A stretch of 64,000 nucleotides of DNA from an uncultured Methanoregulaceae archaeon (GTDB taxonomy: Archaea; Halobacteriota; Methanomicrobia; Methanomicrobiales; Methanospirillaceae): NCBI GenBank assembly GCA_963737635.1, contig CAVTTL010000001.1:352001-416000 (forward strand), written 5' to 3'. The notes beneath the pieces are model-generated. The model saw nothing but the letters and a program-made list of their open reading frames with translations. It did no database searches and was not told the DNA's origin. Positions 43,812 through 54,170 of the stretch are shown here, piece by piece. How positions within the stretch are numbered: position 1 is the stretch's first letter; every line of letters begins with the position of its first letter. The position numbers were made by a program, and so were the translations under genes.

Positions 43812-45287
43812 ATGGTTCAAAAGAGCAAGAACACCCCGATGAAGAGTGTGACAAAAGAGCAGATCGGCTCAATCAACACTCTTATAAAAAAGAAGAATAT
43901 CCAGATCGTTGACTTCAAATTCAACGATTTACCGGGTCTCTGGCAGCATTTCTCTATCCCGGCCTCGGAACTTGTCAAAGATTCAAATCCGGATGACGGG
44001 ATCTGGAATGAAGGTATCGGGTTCGACGGTTCGTCGATCAGGGGCTTCCAGAAAATTCAAGAGTCTGATATGATCCTGCACCTGGACGCTTCTACCGCTA
44101 TAGCAGATCCAGTATGTGAAGTACCGACACTCTCGATCATTTGTAATGTTTTTGATCCGATTACCAAAGAGGCATATAGCCGGGATCCGCGATATATTGC
44201 CCAGAAAGCAGAACAGTACCTTAAGGCAACCGGCATTGCTGATGAAAGTTTCTGGGGACCGGAGTACGAGTTTTTCCTTTTCGACGACGTCAAGTACTCC
44301 CAGACGGTTAATCAGGGATTCTATTCGATAGATTCAGTAGAGGGCATTTGGAACTCAGGGCGTGACGAACAGCCCAACCTCGGCTACAAGATTCGCCACA
44401 AGGAGGGCTATTTCCCGGTGCCTCCGCATGACTCACTGCAGGATGTGAGAAGCCACATTATCAACAAGATGATCGAGACAGGAATTCCGGTTGAAGTTCA
44501 TCATCATGAAGTGGCGACAGCGGGTCAAAACGAGATCGATATGCGGTACAGTCCTCTGGTCAAAATGGCAGACAACTGCATGATGTACAAGTATATCGTC
44601 AAGAATATGGCACAGCAATTCGGCATGGTCGCAACCTTCATGCCTAAACCCCTCTTTGGGGACAATGGTTCAGGTATGCACACCCATCAGTCGATCTGGA
44701 AGAACGGCAAGAACCTGTTTTTTGATGCGAAAGGATATGGGATGATCAGCCAGACTGCAAAATATTACATCGGCGGTCTCCTTAAGCATGCCAACGCGCT
44801 CATGGCGTTCTGTGCTCCGTCAACGAATTCCTACAAGCGGCTCGTGCCGGGATACGAAGCACCGGTTAACCTCGTGTATTCCCTGAGGAACAGGTCTGCC
44901 GCGGTCCGTATCCCAATGTACTCGGAAAACCCCAAATCAAAACGGATTGAATTCCGGCCACCGGACCCAATGTGCAATCCCTATCTTTCATTCTCGGCTC
45001 TCTTAATGGCAGGTATTGACGGCGTTAAAAAGAAGATCGATCCGGGCCAGCCGTTTGAAGGAAACACCTACGAGCTCGAGGGCAAGGCAGCAAAGAAGAT
45101 CCCCACCGTCCCCGGTTCACTCGAACAGGCAATCGACGCCTTGGAAGCGGACCACAAATTCCTACTCGAAGGAGGCGTTTTCACCCAAGACGTCATCGAT
45201 GTCTGGATCGAATACAAACGGGCAGAGATCGATTCTGTCCGTCTCCGCCCCCACCCGTGGGAGTTCCACCTTTATTTCGATATGTAA
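43812..45287 (+). CDS. glnA: Glutamine synthetase type I (GSI-beta-like)
   Basis: FDGSSI, HHEVA, FMPKP..GDNGSGMHTHQS, KRLVPGYEAP, NRSAAVRIP; AGGTGA SD. Confidence 0.97.
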   Translation: MVQKSKNTPMKSVTKEQIGSINTLIKKKNIQIVDFKFNDLPGLWQHFSIPASELVKDSNPDDGIWNEGIGFDGSSIRGFQKIQESDMILHLDASTAIADPVCEVPTLSIICNVFDPITKEAYSRDPRYIAQKAEQYLKATGIADESFWGPEYEFFLFDDVKYSQTVNQGFYSIDSVEGIWNSGRDEQPNLGYKIRHKEGYFPVPPHDSLQDVRSHIINKMIETGIPVEVHHHEVATAGQNEIDMRYSPLVKMADNCMMYKYIVKNMAQQFGMVATFMPKPLFGDNGSGMHTHQSIWKNGKNLFFDAKGYGMISQTAKYYIGGLLKHANALMAFCAPSTNSYKRLVPGYEAPVNLVYSLRNRSAAVRIPMYSENPKSKRIEFRPPDPMCNPYLSFSALLMAGIDGVKKKIDPGQPFEGNTYELEGKAAKKIPTVPGSLEQAIDALEADHKFLLEGGVFTQDVIDVWIEYKRAEIDSVRLRPHPWEFHLYFDM

Positions 45288-45354
45288 CCAAATTCCCCTT
45301 TTTTTCCAACAGTTACAATGTTGCCCGGCGCCATCTGATTCCTTTTGGAAAAGG

Positions 45355-46477
45355 TCAAGCAAGAGAGAACGTACCGTACTTTCCGCCGCCACCAGGGTGT
45401 AGGATTACACGGTTCTGTCTTAATGCTTCGATGGCATCTGCAACACGTGGGTGAACCGTCCTTATCTCAGGCAATGGCGTCGAAATGAGGAGATCGATTT
45501 CATTTCCAAAAGATGAAATAAACGCCTCGTAGATTGTCTGGCATTTCTTTGTATGAGGTGACGACGCACCTTCGACAGTCTGGATGATTTGACCGAGCGG
45601 GACAAGATGAATATAGGGAGGACGTGGTTCCGGTGTACCTCGTGAAAGTTCACGGGCACGATCGTAAACGCCCTTCTTGATAAGTTTACCGTCAGCGGGG
45701 CAGTGCCAGTTATAATTCTGCGCTTCTTCAAGAGAATACTGGGTGAAACAGTGGACGCAGGCAGTACCGATTGTATTTTCCTTCTTCCGGGAAAAAGCCC
45801 GCGTTCATCGCAATGTTTCCAGCCTTAATGCAGTCAAGCACATTCCGTATGGAGAGGTTACCAGGAACCTGGAGCCGGTTAAACTCTCGGCCAATTTTCT
45901 CCGGCTGTGGACTGTGAGCATCAGAATTCGAGAGAAATGGTACTCCGAAAAGATCCGGGATACCTGCACCGTAAGAACTGTCTGCCGAGAGTCCCAGTTC
46001 AAGGAAATCAATGGGCTCGCTGCCATAACAACTGGAGATTGAATTGTGGTACGCAAAGAGCGCAGTCCATGGGGTGAATGCATGGGCTGGGCCGATGAGC
46101 GCCCCAACCTCATGGGTCCGTTGTGCGATCGTTTCTCCTGAGAGGTACACGTGGGGTCGACCATTCGTACCAATACTCAGGCTTTTTGGTGCAAGGAGGT
46201 CGCGGAGCTGATCGAACTGTCCGAAATCTTCGGCAAGAATCAGATGGTGGACCCGATGGTCGTCCTCGATCTCGCTGCTTGGAATCACGCACACCTTCTG
46301 TGCGTTAGCCATGAACAGCTTCCATTCCTTTTGCCAGATCGGGTGCAGAGCATCACCGGTTCCGAGAACGTGAAGGCCCTTAACCGTACAGGCAGAAAGA
46401 AGTTTTTCCGGGTGCATGTTGCGGGACACCGCCATCGAAAAAGGCGAATGGATATGTAAATCGGCATTTACGAGCAT
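45355..46477 (-). CDS. PHP-domain TIGR00375 / endonuclease Q family protein; frameshift at about 45767
   Basis: DLHIHS, GPAHAFTPW, SNSDAHS, GKY..ACVHC, C-term PGGGGKYG; joins into 373 aa. Confidence 0.88.
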
Positions 46478-46545
46478 GGGTACTCCTGATTATGCCATCT
46501 GATATATATGAAAGGTGTGCACCTGAAAGGCTGCAGGAATTGTAG

Positions 46546-47304
46546 TCAGCCGATATAGCTCAGTTCTTCATCGTTCTGGCTCTTCTCGCTTTCAAGAAGG
46601 CCGTGTACGACTTTCTCCATTTCCGCTGCACGGTCATTCAGTTGGGTGGGATCGACTGGCACTTCGATGAGTTTTGAAAGAACCAAAAGAACGCTCGCGG
46701 CACTCATGGGGTCAACAACGTACCCACTCGTCTCACCCATCAGGCACACTGCATCTATTCCGCGCCTACTTCCCATCCCAAGAAGCAGACCTGCCGCACC
46801 CACAATTCCCCCACCAGGTTCATCGCGATCAAATGTTACCCCGGCATCCTGAATCTCTTTCTTGAGAGCCTCACGATTTGTTGCACCAAAGACCCGGGGG
46901 GCATAGACCAGATGCCCGACGCCAAATCCCCCGAGGGTGTAGATGCGTTTTACTCCAAGTTCCACGGCAATGTCGAGATACGCGTCAGCCATAAGATAGT
47001 GTCCCTCGTTTGAGGTGCTCTGGAAATCCCCTACGAGGAAAACTACGTGGCGGGTCTGTGACTTATACAGGTATATTTCATTTCTCGGCAGCCGGACAAC
47101 ACCATCTTCCTCAATAATAACCTGCGGGGGGAGATAGATCGAATGGATCTCCCCAATTTTTTCTGCGTCCAGCATATGAATCATATACTCGGCAACGAGT
47201 TTTCCGATTTGCCCGATGCCAGGCAGTCCTCCAATGAGGACAGGATCAGTGAGATTCTTATCGGTAAACGTATCGAAATAACGGATACTGATATCGTCAA
47301 TCAT
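46546..47304 (-). CDS. PAC2 family protein (nop10-linked)
   Basis: GLPGIGQIGK, YTLGGFG, CLMGETSGY..DP. Confidence 0.9.
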   Translation of the reverse strand: MIDDISIRYFDTFTDKNLTDPVLIGGLPGIGQIGKLVAEYMIHMLDAEKIGEIHSIYLPPQVIIEEDGVVRLPRNEIYLYKSQTRHVVFLVGDFQSTSNEGHYLMADAYLDIAVELGVKRIYTLGGFGVGHLVYAPRVFGATNREALKKEIQDAGVTFDRDEPGGGIVGAAGLLLGMGSRRGIDAVCLMGETSGYVVDPMSAASVLLVLSKLIEVPVDPTQLNDRAAEMEKVVHGLLESEKSQNDEELSYIG

Positions 47305-47305
47305 C

Positions 47306-47461
47306 TCACAACCTCTTTGCAATCCGCCGATACCTGCCGAAACGATCCTGTACTGAAAAGCGTGCAGGGTGGGCTATTGACGTCTGCCCGCCGCATATTG
47401 GACAATTAAGAGAAAGAGTATAGGTATGATCTGCGCTGCAGCGACGGATTCTTCCGCTCAT
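47306..47461 (-). CDS. nop10: H/ACA RNP protein Nop10 (51 aa, below the ORF-track cutoff)
   Basis: MSGRIRRC..DHTYTL...CPICG..T..AHPARFSVQDRFGRYRR; conserved position after aIF2alpha. Confidence 0.93.
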   Translation of the reverse strand: MSGRIRRCSADHTYTLSLNCPICGGQTSIAHPARFSVQDRFGRYRRIAKRL

Positions 47462-48249
47462 TGACTTTTCCCGGACTTGGGTTTTTTAACAAGTTTGCCT
47501 TCGCCACCTGCTTTTTCAAGGACGGAAATTGCTGCATTAGCTGCTTTCTCCAGCGCTTTTTCCGCTTTCTTATAATCGGCTGCTGTTACCTTGATCCGGT
47601 AAATAGGTGCACCCAAATACAACAATTCAATATCTGCACCGGCAGTCTTTGCATCACTTGCCTTTTTTAATGCATTCCGTATAACCATCACGCCATCTGA
47701 TGCTGCGGACATAAGAACCAGCTGGCCGGTCACTTCAACTTTTGGTATCTTAACGCTCTCGTGGGCGATATGCACCAGTGCGTCGCTTGCTTTTTTGGAG
47801 AGACCCAGCTTTTTGATGGTTGCATCGCTATCAGTGACCACATCCTCAAATACCGCATATAGCTCGCCGTATTTATCGAGAATTGCATCTTCTATAGCCG
47901 TTGCGGGTTCACCGGATTTCTCTGCAACAAAACCAATCCACTTGCGGGCCTTTGACTCGTTTTTCCACTCGCGGATTTTTTCGCGTCGCTGATGCTCATT
48001 GACATCTTTTAAAGAAAGGTCGATATGGCCCCGATTCCGGTCAACATTGAGGACCTTGCAGACGATCTTTTGGCCTTCACGGATGTGATCACGGATATAT
48101 TTTATCCACCCAGTTGCGATTTCAGAGATGGGGATGAGCCCCTGCCTGCCTCCGTACTCGTCAAGTGATACAAACGCGACAAAATCCTTGACACTTTCTA
48201 CAGTGCAGACTACAAGTTCAGATTCTTGGGGCCACTCTCTGTCAAGCAT
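47458..48249 (-). CDS. eif2a: Translation initiation factor 2 alpha subunit
   Basis: S1 domain ISEIATGWIK...GHIDLSLK, GAPIYRI. Confidence 0.96.
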   Translation of the reverse strand: MLDREWPQESELVVCTVESVKDFVAFVSLDEYGGRQGLIPISEIATGWIKYIRDHIREGQKIVCKVLNVDRNRGHIDLSLKDVNEHQRREKIREWKNESKARKWIGFVAEKSGEPATAIEDAILDKYGELYAVFEDVVTDSDATIKKLGLSKKASDALVHIAHESVKIPKVEVTGQLVLMSAASDGVMVIRNALKKASDAKTAGADIELLYLGAPIYRIKVTAADYKKAEKALEKAANAAISVLEKAGGEGKLVKKPKSGKSQ

Positions 48250-48256
48250 GTGAGGC

Positions 48257-48445
48257 TCACGTATACTCTGCTATAATCTCAGCCTTTACGTTTGCCTTTC
48301 CACCAGCTGGTGTGGCGAGATCGCGTCCGCATACAACACACTTCACGGTGGTGCTTGCCTTGGAAAACACCATCTGCTCGTTATCGCAGTCCGGGCACTT
48401 TACCTTTAAAAAACTGCTTCGATTCGCTCGTGCTTCTCGTACCAT
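48257..48445 (-). CDS. rps27e: 30S ribosomal protein S27e
   Basis: FLKVKCPDCDNEQ..F...VKCVVCG..LATPAGGK. Confidence 0.96.
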   Translation of the reverse strand: MVREARANRSSFLKVKCPDCDNEQMVFSKASTTVKCVVCGRDLATPAGGKANVKAEIIAEYT

Positions 48446-48450
48446 GTTTC

Positions 48451-48729
48451 TCACTCCGTCAACTCGAACTTGGCAACCCGGTAACCTTTGCGAAGGTGCG
48501 CTTTTCCGCACACTGTGCAGCGGTACCTGACGTTGATCTTCTTCGTGGGCTTGTCGCCACCAGGGACTTTCGAGAACTTGCCCATGTTGCCTACTTTTCC
48601 TCTGCGTCCCTTCTGGCGGTCGATCCAGTGGAGGCCGGTTGTTTTGCTCTTCTTGACCTTTTCCACTTCATGGATCTGGTGATTCCTGCAAAAAGGACAG
48701 TATGTTTTGAATTTCACTGGCATCTTCAT
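48451..48729 (-). CDS. rpl44e: 50S ribosomal protein L44e
   Basis: TYCPFC..H..HEV, KPTKK...RCTVCGK. Confidence 0.96.
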   Translation of the reverse strand: MKMPVKFKTYCPFCRNHQIHEVEKVKKSKTTGLHWIDRQKGRRGKVGNMGKFSKVPGGDKPTKKINVRYRCTVCGKAHLRKGYRVAKFELTE

Positions 48730-48998
48730 GATGATTTCACCGATCTGTACTGGATATTGAATCCCAGTATTATTTACTAAGGTTCATATTTAAGATATGG
48801 GTCACCGGCAGTACATGATGTTTCCCGCCGTCCAGATTTTGTGCAATTCTCATCGTGGCGAAGAGTGTTAAGCTTTGGCGCCAGAATATTAAAAAGATTA
48901 GGATAGATAAATCGGTCCGAAGGATTGAGACGAAAAATACCAGACTCTCAGATCATCCTTCCCAAATATTCATCAGGATTCTCCTGATTATGGCCTCT

Positions 48999-49700
48999 TT
49001 ATTTACCGGACGGAAGTGTAATTGCAATGACGAGATTCCGGTCGCTGAGCACGGAAGCATTCCTCTCGGGAAGCGTGGCAACGTCACCTTTTGCAAGAGT
49101 GTAAATCCTCCCATCGACACCCATAAATGTGTCCATTCCTTCGAGCACCCGCACAAGCATATACGGTGGGGTGAGGGTTGGCGCGGCCGAAGAGTCAGAA
49201 GAGAGGGAGACAGGTCTTTCTGCTGCTAACAAAGACTCTTCCTCAGGGGCTTCCCCATCGTCATCCGCGGCCTCGATTACCGCATGTGCTGCTGTTGGTG
49301 CAGGGACTAGAGTCAGTTTTGCATTATGAAGGAGGATATCCTGGCACTCCAGAAGGCCCGCAGCAACCCGGTCAAACATCCCACGCTCGGCGGGTATCAT
49401 CCGTTTGATCTCTTCACGGTCGTAATAATTGCCCTCCGTATGCGTGATGGCGAGTGCGAGGATCTTACGTGAGCGGATAGAAAAGAGCTCATGCATCGTC
49501 TCCTTGATCGCGATCGTTTCTTCTATAAGAGCCCGGGCTTCATCGGAAAGGGGGTCTTCAATTGCATAAACTTTTTTGAGAAGTTCTGCGATCTCAGCAT
49601 GGGTGCGATCGAAGATATCCGGGGATATCTGGACCAATTTCCCGGTTTCACGTTCGGTGAGCAGGGCGCTGCGCAGATCATCAAATCCCATGACAGGCAC
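48999..49700 (-). CDS. GINS complex subunit (Gins15-like)
   Basis: Directly downstream of priS; helical A domain (R..KIL.LA), linker, C-term B domain FMGVDGRIYTL.KGDVATLP..NA. Confidence 0.8.
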   Translation of the reverse strand: MPVMGFDDLRSALLTERETGKLVQISPDIFDRTHAEIAELLKKVYAIEDPLSDEARALIEETIAIKETMHELFSIRSRKILALAITHTEGNYYDREEIKRMIPAERGMFDRVAAGLLECQDILLHNAKLTLVPAPTAAHAVIEAADDDGEAPEEESLLAAERPVSLSSDSSAAPTLTPPYMLVRVLEGMDTFMGVDGRIYTLAKGDVATLPERNASVLSDRNLVIAITLPSGK

Positions 49701-49717
49701 TCGGAGTTAGGGTTATT

Positions 49718-50846
49718 TTATGCGATTTCAGCGATGCCGCGGCAGCACAGAAATACTGCCACAGCCTCAGGTACTGTAGAGATCCCTTTTTGGATCTGAT
49801 AAGTGCTTCCCAGCATCGGCATTGAGAGCGGGAACCGTGAATCCACCCTAACCTCGCGAGCCGAAAAGACCACGGCATCAACCAGGGGATTAAAATCAGC
49901 AAGATCCCGTATCTCAAGCGGTTGCACTCGCATTCCGCTACCCCCGTGAAGGGAGGTTGGCATCCTGATCAGGCGCTTGATGTCAGTAGTGACCGGTTCA
50001 TCCGCAAGCGCAGCCTTTTCGTTCAACCGTTTTCTGAATTCCCCTTCGTTTTCGTGGACGACGGCTTTTATGACCCTGTCTTTGAGAATAGTCGGATCGA
50101 CGGCACCTTGGAGCGAGGTGATGATCTCCCCGCGCTTTTTTAAAAATCCTGCTGCTGATTCCTTCCCAACACCCTCAAGTGAAGTGAGATGCCCGATTGC
50201 CTCTTCCTCGCTCATATTGCCTAGCCATGAAATATACTCGGTGAGCGCCTCGCGGAACCGGGACGACCACCCGGATGATAATGTCGATCCACTCAACAGC
50301 ACCGCAGGATCGACGCCAATGCCGCAGACATAGTCAACAAGTTCCCGCCGTTCGGCACTCCCCCACCCGCGAAAGGCTAGATCCCGCACATGCACATGAT
50401 AACCCCGCCCTCCGGAAAAGACGAGTTCGATCTGTTTTTGATCGATCCCAAGTTCCTGGGTGAGCATGGCCAGCAGTTTTTCGGTCTCAGCTTTTGACCC
50501 GGGAAAGCATCTGGTCATAAGGCCCTTTGACGATATGATCCGCATCCAGATCAAAGATCAAATCAGCGCCGCACCAGCCCTTTTCAGCCATTGTGGGCGC
50601 GTCGGGTTTCTCGTAGTACGCACTCGAATAATAGATATGGGAAGGTACCAAATTTTTGACATAATCAAAAAGAACGTGGCGGTCGGAAAATGCGATATGC
50701 CGGCGCATACGCATTTCCATTGCGCCTGGGTTAAAAAGAACAAAACCCCATTCCCGCTGCTCAAGCGACGATGGGGAAACCAGCATTGCTTTGTGGTAGT
50801 ATTCAGTGAACCGCTGTTGCACAAAAGCCGTCGTTGCCGGGTTCAT
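49718..50846 (-). CDS. priS: DNA primase catalytic subunit; +1 frameshift at about 50493
   Basis: REWGF, DLIFDLDAD, FSGGRGYH, DIKRLIRMPTSLHG; joins into 375 aa. Confidence 0.95.
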
Positions 50847-52423
50847 GACATCTCCTTTATCATATAGGGTCCCTGGCGCTCATATCCCTGTCTCTGGTAA
50901 TAGGGGCGGACACCTATGCCGCTCATGATCGCCATCCGCCTGAACCCGGCTTTTTTCGCGATCTCTTCGGCATGAGAAAGAAGGTGTCTCCCGAAATTCC
51001 GGTGCTGCCATTCTTCTGTTTCTGCCGCTTCCAAGCCAACCGGTACTAGACTCCCATAAACATGAAGCTCTCGTACGAGCGCGGCACCCTGAAGCTCGGG
51101 CCGGAATTCTGACGATGGGAAACGAAGCCGGGCAAACCCGATCAAAGAGTCTCCCGAGACTGCCGATATGAAATGCTCTATGCCGCCGCAGCATTCATAC
51201 CGCGTCACTCGTATTTCGGCGTCCATTGAAGAGGGAAGCCTGCCGATCTCCCGGCAACGGATACAGCGGCAATGCCGGCCCTGTGCTGCAAGGCGGTTCT
51301 GGGCCAGTTGCCGGAAGTTGGAGTGCTTGGATCCGGCAACAATCAGTTTTGCCGGGATATCACGTTGTACCCTCGAAAGCCGGGTATACTCCGGAATAAG
51401 CGTTTTTGCGTACGCGATGAGATCGATGAGTTGATCTTCGTGATACGGAGTATATCTCTTGAGTTCCCAGAGCTCCTCGATCTCTGAACCGGGAGTGACG
51501 AGTGTCGGGTAAATTTTCAAAAAATCCGGTTTGAACCGGGGATCCGAAAAGAGGATTTCGAACATCTCTTTGTCAGCGGCAATCGTAGAATGAGGGAGGT
51601 TTGGCATTACGTGGAATCCAACTTTTATCCCGGCATCACGCAGGAGTCGGTTTGCCTCGGCTGTATCGGCAACCGTGCATCCACGGCGGTTAAACGTAAG
51701 GATCGTATCATCGATATGCTGAACTCCCAGTTCTACTTTGGTGACACCGAGATCGAGCATGCGGTTAATATGCTCTTTTTTGCACCAGTCCGGACGTGTT
51801 TCAAAGGTTATTGCAACGCACCGGACATCGGCACTTTCGTTCGCCTCTTCAACCGCGGCGACAGAAGGTGCCACACTTGCAGGAGCATCACCGGGATACA
51901 CATTCATCGCCTCGATGCACCGGGCAACAAATTCATGCTGATATTCAAGAGGGCGAGCGGTCATCGTCCCTCCCATTACGATCAATTCTACTTTCTCCAC
52001 CCGGTGCCCCAAAGTCTCAAACTGCCCAAGCCGGGCATGGACCTGAAGAAAAGGATCGTAACCATGTTCCCGGGCCCGTTTTGCCGCGGGTTCCTCACCG
52101 GTGTAGCTCTGCGGAGACCCAAACGGATGAGCTGGCCCACCCGGGCAGGGCAGGCATCGCCCATGCGGGCAGGGATATGGCGAAGTCATAACCGCAACCG
52201 GTGCAACTCCCGAAAGGGTCCGGGTAGGCTTGACCAGAAGGACGCGTCGGAGGTCTTCCCGCTCTGCCGGGGTCGCCGCAGCAAGAATCGCAGAGTTCTT
52301 GGGAACTGCGTTCAACCGGTACTTCCGGCAAATCGCGATTTTAGCGGCAATGATATCATTGTCACCAGATGGGAGGGAGAGGATGCGGGAGATGATCTCC
52401 CGGATTGCCAGTGCCTCATCCAT
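50843..52423 (-). CDS. elp3: Elp3 radical SAM / acetyltransferase (tRNA U34 modification)
   Basis: CPHGRCLPCPGG, ETRPDW, RVQRDIP, VRELHVYG, SGIGVRPYY. Confidence 0.96.
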   Translation of the reverse strand: MDEALAIREIISRILSLPSGDNDIIAAKIAICRKYRLNAVPKNSAILAAATPAEREDLRRVLLVKPTRTLSGVAPVAVMTSPYPCPHGRCLPCPGGPAHPFGSPQSYTGEEPAAKRAREHGYDPFLQVHARLGQFETLGHRVEKVELIVMGGTMTARPLEYQHEFVARCIEAMNVYPGDAPASVAPSVAAVEEANESADVRCVAITFETRPDWCKKEHINRMLDLGVTKVELGVQHIDDTILTFNRRGCTVADTAEANRLLRDAGIKVGFHVMPNLPHSTIAADKEMFEILFSDPRFKPDFLKIYPTLVTPGSEIEELWELKRYTPYHEDQLIDLIAYAKTLIPEYTRLSRVQRDIPAKLIVAGSKHSNFRQLAQNRLAAQGRHCRCIRCREIGRLPSSMDAEIRVTRYECCGGIEHFISAVSGDSLIGFARLRFPSSEFRPELQGAALVRELHVYGSLVPVGLEAAETEEWQHRNFGRHLLSHAEEIAKKAGFRRMAIMSGIGVRPYYQRQGYERQGPYMIKEMS

Positions 52424-52426
52424 GAC

Positions 52427-52705
52427 TTAATGTTCGACTGCAACCTGCTGAGTTGGTGCAGTTGCGGTCTCTGGAGAATAGTTCACCACATGCACGCGGT
52501 GATGTCCGTTAATATGGGTCACAACCTCTTCGCCTAATGTGAGGAGAGCATCTTTGTGGGCTTTTTTATCCTTATGAATATGAACTGGCGATATTTCGAG
52601 AGCATCATAGCGGTCTGTTATAATTTCCTCATTAGTAGTATTCTCGTAATACTTCCTGATGTGTACCATCAGCATATGCAGATGCAATAACTCTTCTTTT
52701 TGCAC
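52427..52705 (-). CDS. UPF0058 family protein
   Basis: KEELLHLH...ISPVHIHKDKKAHK.A. Confidence 0.8.
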   Translation of the reverse strand: MQKEELLHLHMLMVHIRKYYENTTNEEIITDRYDALEISPVHIHKDKKAHKDALLTLGEEVVTHINGHHRVHVVNYSPETATAPTQQVAVEH

Positions 52706-52758
52706 ATTATCGCCTTCTCTCTGAAAAGTTAATTTTTCTGTGCGACACATATACCTTT

Positions 52759-53670
52759 TTGGTGAGATTTATAAGAGAAAACATTCACCCAAGGGGATTG
52801 CTTGCGGGACTCGCAATTGGGGACGCATTGGGTGCGCCCTTAGAGGGATCTCCCCAATCTGAAGCCTGGGTGACAAACATGCGGCCCGGAGGGCGCCATT
52901 TCCGGAAGGCCGGCCAGTACACGGATGATACCCTGCAAGCGCTTGCAGTTGCAGAATCCCTTCTCGCATGTAGGGATTTTAACCCATCTGACCTCATACA
53001 GCGGTTTCTTTCCGGGTACCGAAAGCAGCCGGAATGGTATGGACCCACCTCTTCTGCATTTTTTAACCTCGTCTCTTCTGGCACCCTGCCGCATCGTGCC
53101 GCATGGCTTGTTCACCGACATCATCGCGGGAGTCGTACCAATGGGAGTGTGATGCGGGGATTCCCTCTTGGAATTTTTTATCCTTCGGATGTGGTGTACG
53201 ATATCAGCATTGCCTGTTCACGGCTCACCCATTACGATCCTGTTGCCGGTCACTGCTCTGCGTGGCTCACCATGATGGCCAGTGATATGTGCCGGGGTGT
53301 TCCCAGAAAACAAGCGTTTGCGCATGCCCGGTCACGCTGCAGGAGCGCGGAGGTGCTCGCTGTTCTGGGGAACTACGAGCAGCACCATCCTGAACCATCA
53401 CTCGATGCCGTAGAGTGCTCACATGCAGCCCTTTTTTGTTTCATGACCGCTCACACATTCGAGAATGCTCTCCTTTCGGCTATAAATCTTGGAGGGGATT
53501 CGGATACGGTCGGGGCGTGTTGTGGTGCTTTGGCGGGGTCATCGTGGGGAATCGACGCTGCCCCAGAACGATGGACGAAAATACTTGATGGCTTTAATGA
53601 GATTGTTCACCTTGCAGATATGCTCTGGCAGGTTCGGCAGGACAAAAGAGTGGAAGGGACTGACCGATGA
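52759..53670 (+). CDS. ADP-ribosylglycohydrolase (DraG/ARH) family protein
   Basis: GDALGAP.E, YTDDT, NGSVMR, LTHYDP, GGDSDT. Confidence 0.92.
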   Translation: MVRFIRENIHPRGLLAGLAIGDALGAPLEGSPQSEAWVTNMRPGGRHFRKAGQYTDDTLQALAVAESLLACRDFNPSDLIQRFLSGYRKQPEWYGPTSSAFFNLVSSGTLPHRAAWLVHRHHRGSRTNGSVMRGFPLGIFYPSDVVYDISIACSRLTHYDPVAGHCSAWLTMMASDMCRGVPRKQAFAHARSRCRSAEVLAVLGNYEQHHPEPSLDAVECSHAALFCFMTAHTFENALLSAINLGGDSDTVGACCGALAGSSWGIDAAPERWTKILDGFNEIVHLADMLWQVRQDKRVEGTDR

Positions 53671-53682
53671 GCACCGGGTAGA

Positions 53683-54129
53683 TTACACAGGTTTAATCTC
53701 GACGAGCTTCAATGCACGGCCTTTGCTGCAGATATCGGATGCATTACCTAATATCTCGGAGATAAAATATTTCTCACCTTCAACCACACCATCCGGCCGG
53801 CAGAGCGGGTAGCTTTTGCAGTCCGTTTTATTGCAGGAGAATTCCACCTTTATCTTGGAGTTGATCATTGCCATATCGGCACCAATCAGCATAGTCACCG
53901 GTGCCTCCATTACTTCCACTGCGGTCGCCCCGTTGAAATGGACCACACATTCATGGTGGGTACTCCGGACGGTGATGATCCGGTACCGGTGACCCTTGTT
54001 CAAATTGTTGCATGCTTTTTTGATCTTGCAGGTTCCGCACTCCGGTGATTCTCCTTCATAGACGAATTCGACACCTGGTTTTGCAAGGACCGTTCCCACA
54101 ATCGTTACTTTGGTTTTTGTCTCAGCCAT
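53683..54129 (-). CDS. UPF0179 family protein
   Basis: VTIVG..LAKPG.EF.Y.G...EC..C....AC.NL. Confidence 0.8.
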   Translation of the reverse strand: MAETKTKVTIVGTVLAKPGVEFVYEGESPECGTCKIKKACNNLNKGHRYRIITVRSTHHECVVHFNGATAVEVMEAPVTMLIGADMAMINSKIKVEFSCNKTDCKSYPLCRPDGVVEGEKYFISEILGNASDICSKGRALKLVEIKPV

Positions 54130-54170
54130 GGCAACATTCCTGCACGTTTTGGTCTTTTTTTTGCGGCGGA

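Noticed and set aside
48790-48990. Possible C/D box sRNA (ATGATG...CAGA)
   Set aside because: Boxes are degenerate, there is no clear terminal CTGA at the right spacing, and the nearby TATA fits the rpl44e promoter
51590-52537. 315-aa + strand ORF
   Set aside because: Antisense to elp3; no recognisable domain
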